This document shows positions 55,794 through 64,000 of a stretch of 64,000 bases of DNA, in pieces (position 1 is the stretch's first letter; each line of letters opens with the position of its first letter). The stretch comes from Octopus vulgaris (Eukaryota). The stretch spans positions 17,484,001 through 17,548,000 of the forward strand of contig OX597828.1 in assembly GCA_951406725.2 (NCBI GenBank). The letters are read 5' to 3'. Position numbers and translations under genes: made by a program. The notes below the pieces were generated by a model. The model worked only from the letters and a program-made list of their open reading frames with translations, did not search any database and was not told the DNA's origin.

Positions 55794-55838
<45 letters not shown>

Positions 55839-55930
55839 CACACACACACATGGTGCATGCTTATTTATATAATAAATCACATATTTGCATGTGAGCGGCT
55901 GTATGTGTGTGTGTGTGAGTGTGTGTGTGA

Positions 55931-55985
<55 letters not shown>

Positions 55986-56669
55986 TGTGTGTGTATACCA
56001 CTTGAGTGTCTAATAGTCGGTTAAGTGTACGATGTTATATAGATATCCGCGTTATCTTTCCTCCCTGACAAACAATCAAAAACATTTTAGCAATGTCCAC
56101 AAATGAGGTTGGGTGTATGACTGCATACGCCTGCTTCGCTATGAGAGAGAGAGAGAGCATGATTCAGGCTGTTTTACAGATAACGACGACATCAAAATAC
56201 TCACAGTTTAGCCTACAATAATAATACGAGCAACAGACAAAAAAAAAGATAGAAAATTGCTCAGATTTTCTTAGTAATAATTTCGTATCGCAGTAAGCTA
56301 CATTAGACGAGGTAGAAATAACAACAACAACAAAAAAACAGAAAGAAAGAAATTAGATTTCTTTAACGTCATTGATATCTTGTCAAGTATAAAATACAAC
56401 AACCACACACATACGCACACATGTACATACACACGCACACACATACACACACATACGTAAATATATCTGCATAAATTCTCTTAGTATTTTCTGAGATATA
56501 TCTAAGCGATATATGTGCCTGTGTATGGGTGTATGTGTGTATGCGTGTGTGTGTGTGCGCGCGCATGTATGCATGCAGTTATATACATAGATATATATGT
56601 AAATATATATATATATGCAGGTATGTATAAATATTTGTACAATCACACATATGTATATATGTATATATA

Positions 56670-56704
<35 letters not shown>

Positions 56705-57367
56705 CATACATACATACATATATATACATGTATATATATATATATATATATCTACACACATAAATGCGTGCATATGTGCACGCGCATACACACATATACA
56801 AACACATACACACATATAAATCCTGTTGGAGCTGATTGGGTTTTTTTAATTTCAGTTTGCATTTTATCATACGTACATACATATACACACATACATACAT
56901 ACATACATACATACATACATACATACATACATACATACATGCATACATGCATACATACATACATACATACATACATACATGCATGCATACATACATACAT
57001 GTGTACAGAGACACAAAAGTATATTCTAATACATATACGGATGCATATATGTATGTTTGTGTGTATGTGTATATAGTGTGTTTATTCGTGTCTGTTTGCT
57101 GACATAAAGTTGTAGCTATTGAAAATAAAGCACATTGAAAATTTAGTTATAAATACAGAATCTTTACAGCAAAACGAAAAGTGAAAGTGACGAAGTAAAA
57201 TAAGTTGCAACGCAAGGTAAATGTAGATAAGGAGAGAAAGCAGAGACAGAAAACGGAAGAAATTTGCAAGAATGAAATAGGAAAATGAAAGAACGATTAT
57301 AAATGAGAAGCAAAATAATGACTGAAGCTTCGTGATGATAAAAGACTGAGTTGGAATGATTGAGTCT

Positions 57368-57561
57368 AGGAATGTGGCTGTGTGGTGAGAAGTTTGCTTT
57401 CCAGTTTGTAGGTTCTGGGTTTAGTCCTACTGCGTGGAATCTTGGGCAGGTATCTTCTACTAAAACCTAGGACTGACCAAAATCTTGTGAATGGATTTGG
57501 TAGAAGGAAACTGAAAATATTTTGTCGTATACGTGAGGGTATGTGTATGTGTGTGTGTATC

Positions 57562-57604
<43 letters not shown>

Positions 57605-57775
57605 ACTCTCTGGCGTGCTTACGTCCCAGAAACTTAACGGCTTGGTAAAACAGATTGTTAGAATAAGTACCAGCCTTTAAAATAATTGGTGCTGGGGTTG
57701 ATTCGTTCGGTTTAACATTCCTCGAGGTGTCGGCTCCTGCATGGCTGTAGTCTAATGTCTGATACAATTAAAATA
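57368..57775 (+). mobile_element. SINE family B, degenerate full length
   Basis: gtggctgtgtggtgagaagtttgc...cttgggcaggtatcttctact...cttacgtcccagaaacttaacgg. Confidence 0.8.
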
Positions 57776-57794
57776 TAATAGATACAAAATAGAT

Positions 57795-59600
57795 ATGTGC
57801 TACTCTTTTAACCCCAGGAGGGCACCTCCTCCACCTGGTTAATGACACTATGTCCTTTATGTCGCAAACAAAGGAGCGAACAATTTCCATTCAGCGTTGA
57901 GTTGCTCATTAGTGCCACAAGTGCCCATGTGTTCACTTAATTCTATTTTTCTGTATTTCAGTGTGTTTCATCTAGGATCTATGTACAGTCATCATCTGGC
58001 GTAGACTGCTTTTAGTTTGACCGATGTATTGTTTTCGACACCCTTACCAAGTTAACACATAGTCAGGTGTTAAGTTGTTTTGTCCCTGTAAAACTATGAC
58101 CCTGTTAGAAGAAGAACTTCGACCCCGCTATTAGGTTAACGCATATGCCACCGTTAGGTCTTCCGCATTTTTTTACTGTCGGTTTCGATGTTCTTGATGA
58201 CTGTACTTGGGCTTGTGTTAGAATAGTTTTCATTGACTTGGATTGTCTTTTGCTCTTTATGGTAGTATGCGTTTGGAGGATTTGATTCATTCTATGGTTT
58301 TAGTAGAGGAATGTTCTGGAAGCATCACTGTTTAGTGGTTTCTATTTAGGGCTTTTGTTTGTAATTCATTCATTAGTTTGGGATGTCTGAGTTCATGGAT
58401 GTTGAGTTGCAGGGCACGTTGAAAACCTATATCAGTTAGTGAGGGTGGGTAATTCCTGATGCTGAGTGTATCCTTTAGTTCCTGTAGTCATGTGTCCCTC
58501 TGGCTTGTATCAGATACTATAGCGCAAATCCTTTTTTCCAAGCTGAAGGGGTTATTCAATCTAGTGCGTCTCGGGTAGCATGAATTGAATGGTAGATATT
58601 GCTTGCAGTTTGTGGGCTTATAGTATATGTCTGCTTCTATTTTGCTGTTGGATTTCTTGATGAGGATGTGAAGGAAAGAAAGTTGTTGATGGCAGTATTC
58701 CATCGTAAATTGAATGCTTATGTCAAGTCCGTTTAGAAAGTGCTTGAAATTCTTTAAGTCTCTCTATACTTTCATGCCAAAGAATGAATCAGTCATCTAG
58801 ATATCTCTTCCAGTTATTTTCTATGTAAAGGCAGAATGGGGTTCTGAATTTTACTAGTACCTTACGATAAAGATTGATTTCTAGGTACCCCATTATTAGG
58901 CTAGCAAAGAGGGGGGGGCCATTCTTTTACCTATCTCAGCCCCCGATTTCTGTCGTTAGAAGTTGTCATTGAATACGCAGAAGTTATTATCCAAGATGAA
59001 TTTTAGCCCTTCTATTACGAATTCTTTTTTGATGCGGCGTGAGAGTTCATTGGAGTAATTCTCTAACCAGAATTGGAATGCCTCTATTCCTAGGTTGTGG
59101 AGGATATTAAGATACAGTTTGACTATATCGAAATATGCTAGTATGGTTTTTATTGTTTTAGGGAGGTGGTTGAGCATATATAGGTCGTCTCTTATATAGC
59201 TTTTAATGTGCTTGAGGAATGGTTTTAAGAGTGTATCTAAAAAACTGTTGAGGTGGTGAGGTATCGAAAAAGTGTAAACAAGCAATAATAAATCTCTGAG
59301 CGAGGTATAAACAGTAGCTGCCTACTTTTCGTCGACAGCCAGTGATTGTCACACGCTGATGACGGGTCAATACCCAGAAACTCGAGTCCGTGTGTAACAT
59401 AGGTTGAAGACGGGAAGGATGTCTTCCCTTTGCAAATACTGATAGGGCACAGAAAGTTCATCAATAGCCAGCTAGAGGAGGTGTCCTCCTGGGGCTACAA
59501 GCTACAGTAGCATCCACCCTTAGGGGCTAGCCACATTTAAGTGGTAAATATACTTCACGATGTCGTGCAGCTACTGTTTATACCTCGCTCAGAGATTAGA
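57795..59600 (-). mobile_element. 5'-truncated Penelope-like element (RT, Cys-rich linker, GIY-YIG) capped by an inverted pseudo-LTR
   Basis: RT: FLDTLLKPF...SYIRDD...FDIVKLYLNI, RYLDD, LSFLHILI...DIYYKPTN..QYLPFNSCYP; linker KKCGRPNGGIC; manual YVLTW*GCRKQYIGQTKSSLRQMMTVH near 57980-58060; 57797-57845 is a diverged reverse complement of 59460-59513. Confidence 0.92.
59350..59394 (+). ncRNA. Minimal type I hammerhead ribozyme
   Basis: cacacg-CTGATGA(59356-59362)-c-gggt-caat-accc-a-GAAA(59377-59380)-ctcgag-TC-cgtgtg; predicted cleavage after C59388. Confidence 0.9.
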
Positions 59601-59604
59601 ATAT

Positions 59605-59669
<65 letters not shown>

Positions 59670-60625
59670 GCATGCACACACACGCACACATATTTATATA
59701 TACATCGTACACAAATACAGAACTGGAAGTAATAAAGGGCACAGAAAACTACAGTCTGTATAACATGCATGTTATTTTTTCTGGTGTATGTGGGGGGGGG
59801 GACTATTTATTATCGCAGCTATTTCGCTAGGCTGGTGCATTTACTGAGACCCTAGTTTATTATGACATTTCTTTCTATTGTCACGTGGAACAAAACAAAA
59901 GGATCAAGAAAAAAAAAAGACTTGTTACTTCTGAAATTTGCAGATTTATTACTTATTATAACATTCTTATAATAAATGACAATGCTTATCTTAGTCAGCA
60001 GAAATATTCCTGTGAAAAAAAAAAAAGCTTTTACAATAATTCAGAGGTCCTAATTCACCAGTTTCTGTTATTAGATAAACCCCCTTGTTGCTCCCTAATG
60101 TTCATGAGCCCCTGCCGTGAATCATTAAGAATTTTTTCACGTGTTAGAAAACAAAATTTATAAAATATCAATCAATTTATGCACGTAAGTTGTACGCATT
60201 TGCACCGACATGATTAAAAGCATTCTTCTTCTACGCTGCTTTGAATAATAAGCAAATGAACCTGATATCTTTTGCTAATCATCATTCTTAGCGGTGCTCA
60301 ATATTAAAATATAACATATTCACTGAATATCCAACATCATATTCATACACACTTCTTCAAGCCAACTCGAGATTGAATATACTACGCAATCTTATAACTT
60401 AATATACGGTCATCTTGCAGAAAACATTTGGAATCAGGAATAAAAGAAAATCTCACCATAAGTTTCACAGTACGTTTGCCATTGTTCTACGTACTTTGCT
60501 TTCGTTCAGATATTGGAATGTAATACTTATATAGAGATATATTTCCATATAGAAAGCTAAAAAAATTAGAGGTGAATAAAATCCGTATCAGTACGTTTCA
60601 GTACTTATGTGTGAGTGAGGGTATG

Positions 60626-60657
<32 letters not shown>

Positions 60658-60765
60658 TGTGTGCGTGCGTGTGTGTGTGTGTAAATTTATAGATATAGGT
60701 AGATATTTATATGTATACCTAAATATATATATATGTTTATACACATACGAACCCACATAAATATA

Positions 60766-60837
<72 letters not shown>

Positions 60838-60839
<2 letters not shown>

Positions 60840-60950
60840 TAGTGACCTGCTCGCTTAGCCAGCGGGGTGGCGTCATTCGAAGGCTAAAACAATGCGAACG
60901 CATTGTGACCAGCGATGTGTAACTACATCTGATGGACTGGTCGGTCACGT
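60838..60950. repeat. Highly self-complementary short repeat fragment between (TA)n and (GATA)n
   Basis: Stems gtgacc/ggtcac, ttagcc/ggctaa, acaatgcg/cgcattgt, gaccag/ctggtc, gatgt/acatc. Confidence 0.6.
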
Positions 60951-60981
60951 AAAAAAATATATAGATAGATAGATAGATTGG

Positions 60982-61025
<44 letters not shown>

Positions 61026-61734
61026 CAGATAGATAGATAGATGGATAGATTGATAGAGATAGATAGATCGATAGATAGATAGCTAGCTAGATAGATACAT
61101 TATGTATGATATTGTGCGTATGTTTGTTTCATTTGTGTGCAAGTATAAGTAACCATGTACATTTATGCGATTGTATGTGTGTGCAGGTGTTCATATAAAT
61201 AAGTGCAAGGCCTGTGAGGGTGTACCTACACATAAATGCACATGATTGCACCAATATCTGCAAGTGCATCTTTCGTAATTTATCTTAGTCAAAGGCACTG
61301 AAATATATTTATCCATGTTGCAATTTACTAAGCTACTATTATAATCTATTTCTAATTATTTAATCAGGTTTTTTTTCCCAGCATATTTACTTTATCTATA
61401 TTCAGTTTGTTGGTTATTTTAAATGTTTATTTAAATCTTGCTGTTTGTACGATACCTGGATAACGTTACCTGATATGTTTGTTTTCACCTAATATAAAAA
61501 GACGCCGGCATGCTTTCCGTTCTATCACTGATTCATCGACGTGCAGAGATAATTTCTTCTCTTGATCTTTATTTAAATTAATTATTATAAATCAATTTTC
61601 ATTTGAGCTTCACTAATAATTTTGAAAAAACTTTTGTAGGGTTTCGAGATTCAAATTTACTTAGGTTTCTGACGAGCTATTTCAACACATCCAAAGCCCA
61701 AAACCTGTTATAACATATCTCCTGAACGATTGTA

Positions 61735-61792
<58 letters not shown>

Positions 61793-61793
<1 letters not shown>

Positions 61794-61960
61794 CGGGAAG
61801 GTTGACGAAAATAAACAAAAGACGAAGGCAGGTGGATTACAAACAAACAAATGTATTAGTATGGCGCTCAGGAATAGAAATAGAACAAGTCTTTTACGTT
61901 TCGAGCCTACGCTCTTCGACGGAAAGATACACAGAAAAAAAACAAGGAGAGAAAAAAATG
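61793..61960 (-). mobile_element. Second copy of the 2078-2237 repeat with a hammerhead-like motif (61890-61927)
   Basis: On - strand: tcttt-ccgtcgaa-gagc-gtag-gctc-gaaa-cg-ta-aaaga. Confidence 0.75.
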
Positions 61961-62031
61961 CGTGTAGGAGCTAACGATCTATCGTGGCGTCCAGACTTCG
62001 GGCAGTGGTCAGACGCGGGAGGGACAATATA

Positions 62032-62240
62032 CAAGGGGGTACGAAAAGTTCCTGGCTTTAAGGGTATCGTGAAGGATCTGGTACGAGGCCTAATAGTCCG
62101 AGTTCTTTTACAAGTATCAGAAAAACTGAAGGGGCGCTGCAATAAGAGTTTGAATCTGAGAGGTGAATATGTTGAATAAAATCCTAACAGATTCCCCTGT
62201 ATTTTCTTTTACCCAAAGCTAGGAACTTTTCAACACCTTC
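62032..62240 (+). mobile_element. Mariner-derived MITE
   Basis: TIRs caagggggtacgaaaagttcctggcttt / aaagctaggaacttttcaacaccttc, TA flanks, transposase C-terminus remnant KLKGRCNKSLNLRGEYVE*. Confidence 0.88.
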
Positions 62241-62451
62241 TATATACGCACACACTCACACAGACAACACACACAAAAACGCACACATATTTATAGATAA
62301 ACATACAGAACAATTATTTATATACATATGTATGTACACATTCATAGACATGTACGTAATTATATATGCATATCCACATGTATGGGTGGACATGTTTTTA
62401 TATACGCTTATATGTACAACACACATCCATACGCACCTACACCCCCACCAC

Positions 62452-62497
<46 letters not shown>

Positions 62498-62714
62498 AAG
62501 TATACATAGTCATGTGTGCACGCATACATTACCGTCTGTACAAACATATGGTAAACGTACTCAATTAGACAAAATGCTGAGAATTGTACAAAAGGCCTCA
62601 ACCTTGTATAACTGTTATGATATATATATAGTGTGTATGCGTGAGTGTGTGTGTGTATGCGTGAGTGTGTGTGTATGCGTGAGTGTGTGTGTGTGTCTGT
62701 ATTAATATTGATAT

Positions 62715-62767
<53 letters not shown>

Positions 62768-63233
62768 TTTATATTTATATGTACATATACTAAATCTGCA
62801 ATGAACTAACGAAGCCAGGATCATCTTCAGAAGCGTTACCGAAATGAACATTTGATAACATTGATGTGAAACGCTGAGGGAAGTTTGATGAAATCTTGAG
62901 AAAGTAAGCATTGTATACGTATCTGATTTTATTTTCGAAATGCCAGAACCTCTAGCAGAGAATAGGTACATTTCACGGTTGACTGAACAAAATCTGTCGA
63001 CATTCCTATTAATGTTTCGCGAATAGTCCTGTTCAACGTCGTGTTTTTTTTTAGCTATTTTTGTTTATTTCTTTTAAGCAAGACATATATAAAAAAATTA
63101 TAAATTATGAAAGAAAACCTTTGAGCTTTGATCATATTTTATCATACTTCCCTTCCTTTTGTATCGTTTTTTTACACACGCACACCTACACACACATATA
63201 TGCATATTTATACGTGTATATATATACCTATGC

Positions 63234-63264
<31 letters not shown>

Positions 63265-64000
63265 CACACAAACGTAGACATATGCATATATATATATTTG
63301 CCTGTGTTCGTGTGTGTGCGTGTGTGTATGTGTGTGTGTGTGTGTGTGTGCGTGTGTATCATAGATGTTATCATTTTGCAAATATCTTCATAACTCACGG
63401 CACTTCCTGACAAGCAGCTAAGTATATAATATTCGAAGTATCAGGCAGTGTAGAGTCGAAAGTGAGGCTATAAATATTGTAAACTTAGAATTCAGTGAGA
63501 CAAAATCAAAGCGAGACTGTAAGCAATAACAAATAAAAAATACAACCAAATACACACACATACACACACAAAAAAAAAATAGAATTAAAAGAAATAACAA
63601 GAGCAACATCTCATTGTCTGGCAATGAATCATTTCAAGGTACATTGAAACTTTTATTAGCGTTATCGCAGATGCAGAAAATCATACAAGTAGATATAACA
63701 CGTGATAGAACAATACGCTGATTCTAATACTGCAATGTACCTTTGAGTAGTAGTAAAGGTTATTTTGTTGTCAGTTAATGAAAAATTTCAGTGGTTTGAA
63801 AACTTTTAATAATTTCACTAAATAAAATAGTTTTTGCACGATTTTCATAATTTAGTTTTAGTTTTTAAAATAAAATGCCGGCAAGAAAATAACATCACTA
63901 GGTGAGACAAGCTACCACTGAATTAGCCTCGCTGATTGACAGGTGATGGTTTCGTTTAGAGAATGCGTGGGCTAAGTCTACGCGCCTTCATTGATCAGTT

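Noticed and set aside
61662-61712. ctgacga-gct...agc near (TA)n
   Set aside because: Lacks GAAA and stem III
63933-63942. TGATTGACAG PBX-MEIS/PREP-type decamer
   Set aside because: A single 10-mer in 64 kb can occur by chance; no conservation data

Overview
This is an AT-rich, microsatellite-saturated stretch of animal genomic DNA. The SINE families and (TA)n/(CA)n/(TCTA)n density suggest an octopod cephalopod (inference). I found no intact host gene, and nearly all listed ORFs are translations of simple repeats. The window holds three tRNA-derived SINE families (several copies with target-site duplications), decayed Tc1/mariner and hAT-type DNA transposons and MITEs, two 5'-truncated Penelope-like retroelements (PLEs) with GIY-YIG endonuclease remnants, a 28S rRNA fragment and a ~1.07-kb near-identical tandem duplication. 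The most notable signal is a set of type I hammerhead ribozyme (HHR) motifs in PLE-type modules next to (TA)n tracts: five with canonical cores, one single-mismatch copy and a two-copy variant-core family. Two of these elements carry an HHR on each strand in inverted arms, including a ~520-bp non-coding foldback at 49345-49872. PLE-associated HHRs are a known class; the long stem II, the non-coding foldback derivatives and the variant core are what merit follow-up. Boundaries were read by eye and are approximate unless motif positions are given.
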